Assembly (NCBI GenBank): GCA_039028615.1
Contig: JBCCHT010000033.1
Span: 64,001-128,000, forward strand
Source: Myxococcota bacterium
Lineage (GTDB): Bacteria; Myxococcota_A; Polyangia; Nannocystales; Nannocystaceae
Reading direction: 5' to 3'
Length of the DNA: 64,000 nt
Part shown: in pieces, positions 1-10,182 of the stretch
Layout of the letters: every line of letters starts with the position of its first letter
Position numbering within the stretch: position 1 is the stretch's first letter
Notes under the pieces: model-generated
What the model saw: only the letters and a program-made list of their open reading frames with translations
Database searches by the model: none
What the model was told of the DNA's origin: nothing
Made by a program: the position numbers and the translations under genes

Positions 1-238
1 CGGCGACTGGACGGACAACGGCTTCAACTGCGGCTGCATCGAAGCCACCGTGATCTCCGGGCGGCAGGCGGCACGCGCCCTGGCGGGCCTCTCGATGGAG
101 ATCCCGGGAGAAACGGACGCATGGCTGGCCGACCTGTTCGGCGTGCGCAGCCACGTGACCAATCGCCACGACTTTCCACGGCCCGCGATCACGACCGAGT
201 CACCATCGCTTCATTCCCAGCCGCGAGCGGCCGGCTAG
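1..238 (+). CDS. 3' end of FAD/NAD(P)-dependent oxidoreductase (phytoene desaturase/amine oxidase-like), partial
   Basis: Frame from base 2 reads GDWTDNGFNCGCIEATVISGRQAARA, the C-terminal GDW...G.(I/M)E.A..SG..AA motif of this family; stop at 238. Confidence 0.7.
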   Translation, partial: GDWTDNGFNCGCIEATVISGRQAARALAGLSMEIPGETDAWLADLFGVRSHVTNRHDFPRPAITTESPSLHSQPRAAG

Positions 239-259
239 ATCCACTCGACGCGCGTCGGC

Positions 260-1003
260 TCAGGTATCGCCCTGCACCGACAGCGTCCACTCGGACGGCG
301 GCATGCAGCTGTCGGTCTTCTCGACGATCTCCACCGCGACCCACACCGAGTCGTCGACCCCGTTGGCGAGCAAGGCCTCGCCCCAGTTCATGGAGACCGC
401 GTCGAGCCCGGCCAGGTTGGTCGACTGCTGTAGGAAGCCGCCGCAGCCCGAGGTGCCGCCCTCGACGCTGCGGTAGACGTACAGATCGAAATCGGTGCCG
501 CCGGGGCTCGCCAACGAGACGGTGAAGGACATGGCCGCCCCGTCGATGTCGTCGTCGTCTTCGGTGACGCGGAAGGTGATCCAGTCGGGATGCGCACCGC
601 TGATCTGGAGGTCCGTGGAGGCCAGGTCTCCGCTGACGGTTCCGATGGACATGGCCGAGGCGCAGACTCCCCCGTCGTTGCAGGTGCTCATGGGGCCGTC
701 GTCACCCGACGACTCTTCGCCCATCTCGCCCGTAGACTCGTCGGAGGCCGGGCCCGTGGTGCCGTCATCGAGGCTGCCCGTGGTCGTGCCTTCGCCCTCG
801 ACCTCGCCGGTCGTGGTCATCTCCTCGACCCCGGTAGAGGTCGATTCGCCCCCGCCGCTGGTGGTCACGTTCTCGGTGGGGGTGCCGCCCGGCGCGGCCG
901 GAGAGCCAAAGGGACTGTCGGGATCGGCTCCGCCCGCACAGCCCATCGCGAGCGTCATCCCCAGTCCCCAGCAGCAAATCCCCCGAGCCACTGCGTTCAC
1001 CAT
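260..1003 (-). CDS. Lipoprotein with Thr/Gly/Glu-rich linker and C-terminal beta-sandwich (PPC-like) domain
   Basis: Lipobox-like LAMGC, low-complexity linker, DFDLYVY motif; start uncertain. Confidence 0.6.
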   Translation of the reverse strand: MVNAVARGICCWGLGMTLAMGCAGGADPDSPFGSPAAPGGTPTENVTTSGGGESTSTGVEEMTTTGEVEGEGTTTGSLDDGTTGPASDESTGEMGEESSGDDGPMSTCNDGGVCASAMSIGTVSGDLASTDLQISGAHPDWITFRVTEDDDDIDGAAMSFTVSLASPGGTDFDLYVYRSVEGGTSGCGGFLQQSTNLAGLDAVSMNWGEALLANGVDDSVWVAVEIVEKTDSCMPPSEWTLSVQGDT

Positions 1004-1155
1004 AGCATCGCGGGCCGACGGAACGAAAAGTCGGCACGGGCTCGCGGCGAACCGTGGGCCAGCCCACGGCGTCTTCAATCACCGTCGCCGACCACGGCTC
1101 GGGCGTCGCCAACGCAAATCGTCTCGAGTGTGTGACCACGGCGGCGGAAGAGCGT

Positions 1156-1581
1156 ATGCATGAATGGACGATGCCGGACCTCGCCGAACGTATGGCCACG
1201 CGCGCCCTCGCGACGGCGAGTCGTTGGTTCGGCATCGGCGTGGCCGCGATGCCCATCGTGGACATCGCCGATCGCGCGAGCCTCTTCGTCCTGCTCAGCT
1301 CCCCGCAATCGCTCGCAGACGAGCCCCTGCTCGTCCCCTTCCTCCAGATCGGCTTCTTCGTCGCCGTGGGCATCGGCGCCAGCGCGACGATGCGGCGACA
1401 CCGACGGCACGTGCGGCCGTGGTTCTTCGCCGCCGCCGTGGTGCCCCTGGTCGCCTACGTCCTCAACGGCGGCCTCGGGCTCTCGGCCGGGGTGGCCGCC
1501 CTCGCCCTGGTGTTCTCGTACCTCCAGCTGCGGCTGGCCCACGACGCCCCCTACGAGGGTCCGCAGCGCCCTCCCCCCTGA
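1156..1581 (+). CDS. Hypothetical membrane protein (about 4 TM)
   Basis: Several hydrophobic segments in the ORF; start uncertain. Confidence 0.55.
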   Translation: MHEWTMPDLAERMATRALATASRWFGIGVAAMPIVDIADRASLFVLLSSPQSLADEPLLVPFLQIGFFVAVGIGASATMRRHRRHVRPWFFAAAVVPLVAYVLNGGLGLSAGVAALALVFSYLQLRLAHDAPYEGPQRPPP

Positions 1582-1609
1582 GGGCGCCGCCCCGACTCCA
1601 CCGCGGGGC

Positions 1610-3076
1610 CTAGGGACAGCTCGCGCCGCCGTTGCCCGAGATCGTCGCGACCCCGGCCCACCCCGCCGCCGTCTGGTCGGCCACGAAGGTCTCGGCGTCG
1701 CAGGTATCGAGCGCAGCGTTGTCGACCACCGTGATCGCCCCCGCCGGATCCACGGTGACGGCGAGGCCGAAGTCGGTGAAGACGTCGTTGTCCTGCACGA
1801 CCAGCGCCCCGACCGACAGCGACAGCGGCGTGAGGTGGACGATCTCCTGCACCTCGGTGTGATCGAGGGTGAGGGTGCCGCTGACCGTGTCCAGCGAATC
1901 GAAGAGGTCGCCGATCGGCGGTTGTTGGCTGTCGAAGAGCGTCAGGTCTCCGCCCACGCTCTGCAGCGCCCCGAACCCGGAGTTACTCGGCCCCCAAAAG
2001 CCGCCGTTGAGGGTCATGTCGCCGCCCACCGTCTCGAGACCCTGGAACATCCAGAACACGCCGTAGCCGGGCTCGAAGAGAAGGTCGCCGCCGATGGTCG
2101 TGAGCCCGCTGGCGAACGAGCTACCCGCGACGTCCCCCGATGAACCGATGATCGAGAAGTTCCCCGGGTGCGTGACCAGGGAGCCGAGCCCGATCATCGT
2201 GTAGTTGACGCTGTGCACGTCGACGGTGATGTCACCACCCACGCTGGTGATCGCGTCGAGCCCGAAGCCCAAGGTGGGGTTCGCCGTGGCGATGTCGTCC
2301 CAGTGCACGCCCAGGTCCCCGCCCACGGTGGCGAGCGCGGGGAGGTCGATGGTGCGCACGTAGGTCGGGCCGGCGCCGATCCAGTCGTAGTCGAGGGTCA
2401 GGTCCCCAGTGACCTCGGCCAGCTGATCCAGCTGCACGTCGAAGGTCGCGTTGGCGGGGACCTCGAGGTTCCCGTCGATGACCTCCACGCAGCGGTAGGT
2501 GTCGAGGTCGGCCGCCGCGGTGATGCTGACGTCGCCCACGTGCACGACCCCCGACGGACAGGGGCACGTGCTGCTGGCGGGCGCGGTCATCTCGACGACG
2601 GGGGAATCGGGCGACGAGCAGTTGCCGACGGCCGTGATGACGTCGTCGCCGTTGTTGATGACCGCATCGAGCACACACTCGATCCCGCTGACCGTGCCCG
2701 AGGTGGCCGCGGTGTCGAAGGTGATGAGCGTGAACCCGGCCGAGGCCAGGTGCGCCCGCACGTAGGTCTCGTAGCCGCTCGCGGTCGAGGCCCAGCCGGG
2801 GACCTCGGCCCGGACGCTGAAGCGGTACATGTCCACGCCGCCGAAGAGCACGCCGTTGGACGACGTGGTCGCGGTCGTGATCTCGGTCCACGGCCCCGTG
2901 GGCGAGGTGGAGTACTGGATGCTGACCGTGTCCCCCGGGTTGAGGGTGTAGCCGCTGAAGAGCACCTCGTCTTCGGTGCCGCAGCGCTCGCTGACGTTGG
3001 CGGGGGTCGTCAGGCAAGCACTGCTCAGCAAGAGGGCGGAGGCGAACGCGAGGGAGGCGGAGCGAGAGTTGGGCAT
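1610..3076 (-). CDS. Secreted/lipoprotein with receptor L-domain-like beta-solenoid repeats
   Basis: Signal ending LLSSAC; repeated L..VGGDL/M motifs (LATVGGDL, ITSVGGDI, LETVGGDM, LQSVGGDL). Confidence 0.7.
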   Translation of the reverse strand: MPNSRSASLAFASALLLSSACLTTPANVSERCGTEDEVLFSGYTLNPGDTVSIQYSTSPTGPWTEITTATTSSNGVLFGGVDMYRFSVRAEVPGWASTASGYETYVRAHLASAGFTLITFDTAATSGTVSGIECVLDAVINNGDDVITAVGNCSSPDSPVVEMTAPASSTCPCPSGVVHVGDVSITAAADLDTYRCVEVIDGNLEVPANATFDVQLDQLAEVTGDLTLDYDWIGAGPTYVRTIDLPALATVGGDLGVHWDDIATANPTLGFGLDAITSVGGDITVDVHSVNYTMIGLGSLVTHPGNFSIIGSSGDVAGSSFASGLTTIGGDLLFEPGYGVFWMFQGLETVGGDMTLNGGFWGPSNSGFGALQSVGGDLTLFDSQQPPIGDLFDSLDTVSGTLTLDHTEVQEIVHLTPLSLSVGALVVQDNDVFTDFGLAVTVDPAGAITVVDNAALDTCDAETFVADQTAAGWAGVATISGNGGASCP

Positions 3077-3247
3077 GGTGGGCAGCGGTATGGAGTCCCG
3101 AGCACACCGATCGGATCGGGACGAAATGGGGCCGGCTTCGATCGTGCGCTCACAGATCTGGACGGGGCTGGTCGCCGGTCGTTGCGGCCACCCCGGACGA
3201 ACGCCGTCCGACAAAACGACTTGCCGCTTCCTCGGCATGGTGCATGT

Positions 3248-3277
3248 TTAGACCATCAGTCTAACTAACAGTCTAAC
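3248..3277. promoter_or_regulatory. Probable TetR-family operator
   Basis: Inverted repeat TTAGAC-N5-GTCTAA (3248-3264) plus direct repeat CAGTCTAAC (3257-3265, 3269-3277) in an AT-rich patch upstream of the Rieske-TetR operon. Confidence 0.65.
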
Positions 3278-3325
3278 AAGACGAAAAATTCCGCCTCCAA
3301 CCTCACAAGAGCCGAGCAATTCCAA

Positions 3326-4378
3326 ATGATTCCAAACCGTTGGTACCCCATCACCACCTCGTCGACGGTCCGCAAGGCGCCAGTGCCGCTGCATCGCATG
3401 GGCCTGCGCCTGGTGGTCTTTCGCGGGGCCGATGGCCAGCTCCGGTGCCTCCGCGATCGCTGCTCCCACCGCGGCGCAGCCTTGAGCGCGGGCAAGGTGA
3501 AGGGCAACGAGATCGAGTGCCCCTATCACGGCTTCCGCTTCGACGGCGCCGGCCAGTGCACCGCCATGCCCTGCGAGGGCCGCGACGCCCGGATCCCCGG
3601 CGGCCTCGAGATCGACACCTTCCCCCTCCGCGAAGACCACGGGCTGGTGTGGCTGTGGTGGGGCGCCGCCCCGGCCGACGGCAACGTGGACTCGCTGCCG
3701 CCCGTGCCGTGGTTCTCCGAGCTGCCCGCCGACACTCGCTTTGCGTCGGGCGGTGAGCTCGAGTGGCCGCTCAACTATGTACGGGCCATCGAGTCGAACT
3801 TCGATCTTCACCACGGGCCCTTCGTGCACCCCAACCTCATGGGCGCGCTCACCCGCGTCGACCCCATCACCGTCCAGGTCGACGGCGACCGCATCGACAT
3901 GCGGGCCACCCTCGCACCCGAGCCCGGCGGCAAGGGCAAGCCCATGGACTTCCGCGCTCGCTTCGTCGCGCCGAGCCTCTCGTTGCTCAACCTCAGCGAG
4001 AACATGATGCTGCTGGTCGCCGACTGCCCCATCGACGACACCACCTGCTGGCGCTACGCCCGGCTCTACAACGAGGCCTTCAAGGTCCCCGTGCTCGGCA
4101 AGCTCATCGCGTGGCTCGCCATCAAGTTCGAGTGGGAGTACGTGCAAAAGCGCCAAGACCTGGTGGTCGTGAAGACCATGACGCCCAAGGTGCCCACGCC
4201 CGGGTCCGACAAGCTCGTGCGCGCCGACATGGGCACGGCCAAGTACCTCCGGCTGCGCCAACACCTGCTGACCGCGGCCGCGGCCGAGTACGACAGCTTC
4301 CCGCCCCACGTGCGCGCCGCTCTCCCGCCCCAAGCGGGCGCTCCGCGGTCGCTCCCCGTCCTGCCCCAGACGGGCTGA
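3326..4378 (+). CDS. Rieske non-heme iron oxygenase alpha subunit (VanA-like)
   Basis: Rieske ligands CSH and CPYH; mononuclear Fe motif ESNFDLHHGPFVH and downstream QD. Confidence 0.9.
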   Translation: MIPNRWYPITTSSTVRKAPVPLHRMGLRLVVFRGADGQLRCLRDRCSHRGAALSAGKVKGNEIECPYHGFRFDGAGQCTAMPCEGRDARIPGGLEIDTFPLREDHGLVWLWWGAAPADGNVDSLPPVPWFSELPADTRFASGGELEWPLNYVRAIESNFDLHHGPFVHPNLMGALTRVDPITVQVDGDRIDMRATLAPEPGGKGKPMDFRARFVAPSLSLLNLSENMMLLVADCPIDDTTCWRYARLYNEAFKVPVLGKLIAWLAIKFEWEYVQKRQDLVVVKTMTPKVPTPGSDKLVRADMGTAKYLRLRQHLLTAAAAEYDSFPPHVRAALPPQAGAPRSLPVLPQTG

Positions 4379-4395
4379 TAGCATGGCCGCCGCCC

Positions 4396-5007
4396 ATGCC
4401 CCGGCCGCGCTTCGAAAAACTCGACGCCAAAAAACGCGAGGCGATCCTCGACTCCGCCGAAGAAGAGTTCGCCGCCAAGGGCTTCGCGCAGGCGTCCTAC
4501 AACCTCATCATCGAGCGCGCGGGCGTCAGCAAGGGCGCCATGTACTACTACTTCGATGACAAGGCCGACCTGTACAGCACCGTCATCGGCCATCGCTTCG
4601 GCGACCTCGTCAACGCGGTGGGCGACGTCGGCGAGGTGAACACCCCCGAGGAGTTCTGGGCCGGCTGCAACGCGATGGTGGGCCGAGCCATGGTCTACAT
4701 CGCGGCCGACCCCGAGCAGGGCGAGCGCATGCGCGGCCTGGTGCGGTCGCTGGCCGAAGCCCCGCCCGGAGCCCGCGAGGTTTTGGCCATGGCGCGCGAG
4801 CCCACCCGGCAGTTGCTGGAGACCGGCCAAGACGTAGGTGCCGTGCGCTCGGACCTGCCCGTCGATCTGCTCGCCGCCATGGTGCTCGCGCTCGGCGAAG
4901 CGATGGACACCTGGCTGGCCGAGAACTGGGCGTCGCTCCCCCCCGAAGGCTTGGCCCCGCTGGAGGGCGAGCTCATGGGCGTGTTTCGACGGCTCTGCGA
5001 TCCATAG
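4396..5007 (+). CDS. TetR/AcrR family transcriptional regulator
   Basis: N-terminal HTH ILDSAEEEFAAKGF...AGVSKGAMYYYFDDK. Confidence 0.92.
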   Translation: MPRPRFEKLDAKKREAILDSAEEEFAAKGFAQASYNLIIERAGVSKGAMYYYFDDKADLYSTVIGHRFGDLVNAVGDVGEVNTPEEFWAGCNAMVGRAMVYIAADPEQGERMRGLVRSLAEAPPGAREVLAMAREPTRQLLETGQDVGAVRSDLPVDLLAAMVLALGEAMDTWLAENWASLPPEGLAPLEGELMGVFRRLCDP

Positions 5008-5031
5008 CGCGGCGTCACCCGGAACTACGAA

Positions 5032-5065
5032 GCCCCCGCCGCAGCGCGAAGCTGCATGCGGGGGC
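5032..5065 (-). terminator. GC-rich hairpin between convergent genes, likely terminator
   Basis: GCCCCCGC..GCAGC-loop-GCTGC..GCGGGGGC stem; second hairpin CACCGAGC/GCTCGGTG at 5070-5087. Confidence 0.5.
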
Positions 5066-5091
5066 CGGACACCGAGCGGGCTCGGTGAGGC

Positions 5092-6096
5092 TCAGTAGCG
5101 CAGCGACTGACCCGTCCAGGCGAAGTTGCCGTGGATCCAGTTGGACAGGCCCTGCACGTAGTGCTTCATGTGCGGCGGAGCATCACGCTCGAACTCGGCC
5201 CGCAGCGCCTCGAAGGCGCGCAGGTCGGCGTTGAACAGATCGGCCGCCCGCTCGTAGGACTCGGGCTCGCTCAGGCCGTACTCGTTGGCGATGACGCTGA
5301 CCAGGTTGAGCGGATCGCCGTCGCGCTTCTCCTTGCCGTACGAGTACACGTCGTTGACCCACGCGCAGAGCAAGGCGGTCAGCTCGCGCATGGAGGCGAT
5401 GTCCTCGCGCGACGCCTCTTCGGGCGACAGCAGGTCGTCGTTGGCCAGCTCGACCAGCTCGAGCACGGGCTGAATGCCGATGGCCCAGGCGCGCAGGCGA
5501 CGGTACTGCGGGAGGCTCGGCACCACGTCGCTGCGCCGCAGGGGGAACTCGAGCAAGCAGCCCCCGAAGTAGCGCGACATCGAGTCGGCGAAGCGCTCGA
5601 GCCACTCGGGCGTGGCCCGAAGTGCGCAATCTTGGCGGAGCTCGGCCAGGGCGTGATGGAAGGGCGTGGGGTCGTTGGGCAACCGGCCCGTGCGAAGCAG
5701 CGACTCGTAGGACGCGAAGGTCTCCATCAGGTCGCGAGCATCGAGGGCCTCGGTGCCCTCGCCATAGGCGTCGTCGAAGAGGAACAGCCAGGTGATGAGC
5801 TTGGCCGCGATCTCGGTGACCTCGGCGGACGCTTCGGGATAGGTATGGGCGGCACAGCTGCCGCAACGGATGGCGCGGAGCTTGAGCCAGGACGGTTCAC
5901 CATCGACGAGGCCGTGAACGAGGGCCCACTCGGCGCTACGCCGACTTGCTTCCTTGCCGTGGGGATTGGGGACCACGGCCCGCCCGTGCATTCGGGAGAT
6001 GCAGATCTCCACCCCCTGGGCTCGGGGAGAGGTTTCGTACAGGCGCAGCAGCGTGGAAGACGACTGCGCGGATACGACGGCTGAGCTTGTCATCAT
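5092..6096 (-). CDS. Class I terpene synthase (cyclase)
   Basis: Asp-rich FLFDDAYGE, NSE motif NDVYSYGKE, C-terminal WxxxxxRY (WTGQSLRY). Confidence 0.92.
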   Translation of the reverse strand: MMTSSAVVSAQSSSTLLRLYETSPRAQGVEICISRMHGRAVVPNPHGKEASRRSAEWALVHGLVDGEPSWLKLRAIRCGSCAAHTYPEASAEVTEIAAKLITWLFLFDDAYGEGTEALDARDLMETFASYESLLRTGRLPNDPTPFHHALAELRQDCALRATPEWLERFADSMSRYFGGCLLEFPLRRSDVVPSLPQYRRLRAWAIGIQPVLELVELANDDLLSPEEASREDIASMRELTALLCAWVNDVYSYGKEKRDGDPLNLVSVIANEYGLSEPESYERAADLFNADLRAFEALRAEFERDAPPHMKHYVQGLSNWIHGNFAWTGQSLRY

Positions 6097-6948
6097 CTTG
6101 ATTCTTTCTTCGGGCAGTCCTTGCCCGGGTCCTTCCCCCTGTGTTCACCCCAGTTGCGAACGCACCTATTCGACGATCGATCGGTGCGGTTGCATCAAAT
6201 CCGTGTCCACCCCACGGAAGTAGTCCGACCGCGAACGAAATTGGACGCAAACGCGCCCGTTCTTCGCCAACATCCTGTCGCGAAGAGATGGACGAAACGA
6301 ACGTGTCGCATCGAGGTACTCGCGTACGAGCGCCACCTGTGATGGTGCACAGCTTCATGATCGTTCGGTCCATCATCGTGGCCCCGACGGTCGTGTCGTA
6401 GAACACTGCCGCACGTGACCCGAGGAAAAACGACACACCGCATTCCTTCGCGGCGTCGCCATAATTCGAGTATGGGTCCAGCGTCCGGCGCCGCAACGGC
6501 GGGCGCTCGACGACGGAGAGCTTTTTTTGTAGCCGCCAAGTGCGGCCTTGGGGCCCGGCCAACAATGCCGACGACTGCACTGTCTCGGGCGGCCGGTCTG
6601 CCTCGATGAACGTGGATCCAACCATCGAGCTTGGACGTGTGGCTAGCGGCGAGAAGACGGTCGTTTTCGCCCAAAGTCCTACATGTAGATGAAGTGGCCG
6701 ATCTTGCAGTTCATCACGTCCGATCGCATGGGCTTCGGCCAACTGTCGACGGAGACGAAACGATGGTCATTGATGCAATTTGGTGTGATTCGGGACGCCT
6801 GCGACGATTGAGACCGCCCCTTCGAAGTCCGTCAATTCCAACGCGCGTCAGCCGCTAAAGGATCCGTCCCGGGACGAACCAATGGTACGATTGGCCGTAC
6901 CGGGGGGCCGGCTGCAGTTCGGCGAGGGGCCGAGCACGAGCCGAAATC

Positions 6949-7395
6949 ATGATGTTCGCAACGACCGAAACCGAGTCCGTGTCCAACTGGCCGCGCGAAG
7001 CTATCGATGTCCAACAATGGTCCGATGATACGGGCCTCGCTCGACTGTCACTGCTCAGTCCCGACGTGATGGGGGTCGAGCTCCACGGCTATGTGTCGGC
7101 GGGGGTCGCCGACTTCTTGCACGAGCACCTCACCAAGTTCTTCGACAGCTCCGGCCAGGCCCATATGTTCTGGGACACCGAGAAGCTGCAGGGCCACGCG
7201 GGGGCAGGCCGAGACGTGGTGGTCAAGATGTTGTTCCAGCGACGCTCGCAGTGGCAGAGCGTGCACGTGCTCTACCAGTCGGCGCTCATCGGCGTCACCG
7301 TCACCGCGCTCAGTCTCGCGCTCGGGTCCTCGTATCAGGGGCACAAGGACCGGGCGAAGTTCATGGCCGCGCTCGAGCAGACGCTCGCGGGCTGA
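6949..7395 (+). CDS. Small STAS/SEC14-like hypothetical protein
   Basis: Alpha/beta pattern (VELHGYVSA...HMFWD...VHVL) typical of myxobacterial STAS/SEC14-like proteins. Confidence 0.5.
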   Translation: MMFATTETESVSNWPREAIDVQQWSDDTGLARLSLLSPDVMGVELHGYVSAGVADFLHEHLTKFFDSSGQAHMFWDTEKLQGHAGAGRDVVVKMLFQRRSQWQSVHVLYQSALIGVTVTALSLALGSSYQGHKDRAKFMAALEQTLAG

Positions 7396-7564
7396 CCCGA
7401 CCGAGGCGATGCGGCCGCGGCCGCCTCGCCCGCGCCGCCGACCCATCGCCTCCGTTCAGCCGCTGAAGGCCAGCCACGGGGCCGTCGCCGCTATCGAACG
7501 CCGGCTCGGATCCGAGCGTTAGATCACGCGCTCATGGGCCACGTTCATGGAATCATGCTCTGCG

Positions 7565-10165
7565 ATGCGGAGAGCGTGGATTGTAGTAGCGAGCGCGTTG
7601 GCGCTGGGGGCATGTTCCGACGACGAGGGCGCGGTCATGAGCACCGGGTCCAGCACGGGCGGGGGTGCGACGACGGGCTCGGACAGCGGCGAGGGCACCG
7701 TCGACGATACCGGCACGTCGGGCGGCGAGGACATCGACGAGTTCCCCGGCCTGAGCGGACCGGTCGAGATCATCGTCGACGACCGCGGCATCCCCCACAT
7801 CTACGGGCAGACCGATGCCGACGTCATGTACGCGGCGGGCTACCAGCAAGCCACCGATCGCCTGTTCCAGATGGAGCTCATCCGCCGCCGGGCCCAGGGC
7901 ACCCAAGCCGCCTTGGTGGGCTCGGACAAGGTGGGCCAGGACCGAACCTCTCGCATGTTCGACCTGCCGCGCTGGGGTGCGGCCAACGCCGAGCGGCTGC
8001 GCGAGGAGGACCCCGACGGCTATCGGCTGATGGTCGCGTGGCTGGCCGGGGTCAACACGCGCGTCGACGAGGTCGTGGCCGGCGACGCTCCCCTGCCCCA
8101 TGGGTTCGGGCCCGACGAGACCAATGCCATGCCCGAGCAGTGGACGATGGCCGACCACTCGGCGATCGCCAAGCTGATGATGCTGGGCAACTCGAACTCG
8201 CTCGAGCGCGAGCTTTTGACCACGTTGGTGCAGCGCAACTTTCCCGAGGCGTGGGAGCGCGTGGAGCTGGCCCGGCCCGCGTTCAACGTGCCCACCATGC
8301 CGCCCGAGGAGCTGCCCGCCCCCGCGCCGTGGCGCCCCGGGCTGGACATCCCCGCCAAGCCGCCCGTGCCCGCCACCGGGGCGCAGCTCGTGGACGGCAT
8401 GGCGACGCTGCGAGACGCCCTCGGCCACATTCCCCGGGTGGGCAGCAACAACTGGGCGATCGACGGGCAGCACACCGACAACGGCCGACCCCTGATCGCC
8501 GGCGATCCGCACCAGCCCCTCGGGAGCCCCTCGCTGATGTACGCCCAGCACCTCAACAGCGCCGACGCGGGCGGCACCCTGAACGTGATCGGCTGGTCCT
8601 TCGTGGGCACGGCGGGGGTCCAGCTCGGACACAACGCCTCCCTGCACTGGACCGCCACCACCAACTTCGCCGACGTCATGGACATCTGGGAGGTCGACTT
8701 CGACGGCAGCAACGTGCGCATCGCGGGCGAGTCGATCGCGGTGGAGCGTCGCGACGAGGCCATCGAGGTCGCGGGCGGCGACACCGTCGCCTACGAGGTC
8801 TTCGATGTGCCCGGCTACGGCGTGCTGCTGCCCGACGACATCCTGCCGCTGCCCATCGCCGCGCCCGGCAACGCGCTGCTGTTGAACTGGACCGGCTTCG
8901 ACGCGACCCAAGAGGAGCGCACCTTCATGGCGATGGCCACCGCCGAGAACATCGACGAGTTCGATGCCGCCGCCGACACGATGCAGGTGGGTGGCTTCAA
9001 CTTCATCGCCGCGGACGCCAGCGGGATCACCTATCGCGTGCAGATCGACATCCCCGACCGCGGCGATCCCAGCGCGAGCCAGATGCCCTTCGTGGTCCTC
9101 GACGGAGAGGATGCAGACAGCTACTGGGACGGCACCATGCTGCCGCCCGAGCAGCTCCCCCGCAGCCGCGGCGGTGCCCGGGGCTGGCTGGCCACCGCCA
9201 ACAACGACCCCTGGGGCTTCACCTTCGACGGCGACGTCTCCAACGACCCCTGGTACTACGGCTACTTCTTCGCGGCCGGGCACCGGGCGCAACGCATGCA
9301 GGACGAGCTCGAGCGCATCGTCGGCGAGGGCAGCGTGTCCCGCCAGGACATGGAGCAGCTCCAGAGCGACACCGTCTCGCCGCTGGCCGAACAGATCCGC
9401 CCCCTGCTCGCCGAAGCGTGGGCCACGGTGGAGACCGATCCCGCGCTCGCCGAGTTCGTGGGCAACGCCGAGCTCGAGACCCTGGTGACGCTCATCACCG
9501 AGACCTGGGACGGCACGATGGAGCGCGACCAGCCCGGCGCGCTCGCCTTCCACCTGTACCTGATGCTGCTGACCGAGGACGTGGTGAGCGACGAGCTGTC
9601 GATCCTCTACTCGACGGTGCTCGGCGAAGAGACGCCCTTCGTGGTCAAGATTCCGGTGCTGGCCGTCACCGATCAGTACCCCGAGTCGGAGGCCCTGATG
9701 GGCTCGCCGCGGGACGTGCTGCTGCTCCAGACCCTCTCGCGGGTGGTGGGCGTGCTCGAGGCGCGCTACGGCGACGTCGACCCGGCCGGCTACTCCTGGG
9801 GCGACCTGCACGGCACCTCCTTCCGCAGCGCCTACGGAGAAGCGCTCTACGGCGGGTGGTGGCCCTCGGACGGCGGCGAGGACACGGTCAACGTCTCGTC
9901 GAGCCGATTCCTCGACGAGGACGGGGCCCTGGCCGACCGCTTCGACTCGTCGGCGGGCGCGATCTTCCGGGTCGTGACCTCCTTCGATGAAGACGGCACG
10001 CCGGTCGCCCACGCCAACTTCCCGCCGGGCAACTCCGCCGAGCCCGCCAGTACGCACTTCGACGACACGCGGGATGCCTGGCTCGAGGACGAGTACTCGG
10101 CGCTGCCCTTCCGGCGTAGCGACGTCGAGGCCGCGGCCGAGCAGACGATCATGCTCGAGCCGTAG
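7565..10165 (+). CDS. Penicillin acylase family Ntn-hydrolase (peptidase S45), lipoprotein
   Basis: DDRGIPHIYG, GYQQATDRLFQM, catalytic GSNNW, AGDPH, ATANN; lipobox LGAC. Confidence 0.92.
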   Translation: MRRAWIVVASALALGACSDDEGAVMSTGSSTGGGATTGSDSGEGTVDDTGTSGGEDIDEFPGLSGPVEIIVDDRGIPHIYGQTDADVMYAAGYQQATDRLFQMELIRRRAQGTQAALVGSDKVGQDRTSRMFDLPRWGAANAERLREEDPDGYRLMVAWLAGVNTRVDEVVAGDAPLPHGFGPDETNAMPEQWTMADHSAIAKLMMLGNSNSLERELLTTLVQRNFPEAWERVELARPAFNVPTMPPEELPAPAPWRPGLDIPAKPPVPATGAQLVDGMATLRDALGHIPRVGSNNWAIDGQHTDNGRPLIAGDPHQPLGSPSLMYAQHLNSADAGGTLNVIGWSFVGTAGVQLGHNASLHWTATTNFADVMDIWEVDFDGSNVRIAGESIAVERRDEAIEVAGGDTVAYEVFDVPGYGVLLPDDILPLPIAAPGNALLLNWTGFDATQEERTFMAMATAENIDEFDAAADTMQVGGFNFIAADASGITYRVQIDIPDRGDPSASQMPFVVLDGEDADSYWDGTMLPPEQLPRSRGGARGWLATANNDPWGFTFDGDVSNDPWYYGYFFAAGHRAQRMQDELERIVGEGSVSRQDMEQLQSDTVSPLAEQIRPLLAEAWATVETDPALAEFVGNAELETLVTLITETWDGTMERDQPGALAFHLYLMLLTEDVVSDELSILYSTVLGEETPFVVKIPVLAVTDQYPESEALMGSPRDVLLLQTLSRVVGVLEARYGDVDPAGYSWGDLHGTSFRSAYGEALYGGWWPSDGGEDTVNVSSSRFLDEDGALADRFDSSAGAIFRVVTSFDEDGTPVAHANFPPGNSAEPASTHFDDTRDAWLEDEYSALPFRRSDVEAAAEQTIMLEP

Positions 10166-10182
10166 TCGGCCGCAGCCAAGCC

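Noticed and set aside
6225..6270. GGACGCAAA resembling a c-di-GMP-I (GEMM) riboswitch core
   Set aside because: Upstream GCAAAC/GAAA stem and downstream P3 elements are missing
7553..10057. 834-aa antisense ORF, and similar long shadow ORFs (22558-25353, 24711-27815, 25420-27771, 50189-52534, 56979-58946)
   Set aside because: They overlap well-supported genes; stop-poor alternative frames are expected at this GC and the translations have no motifs
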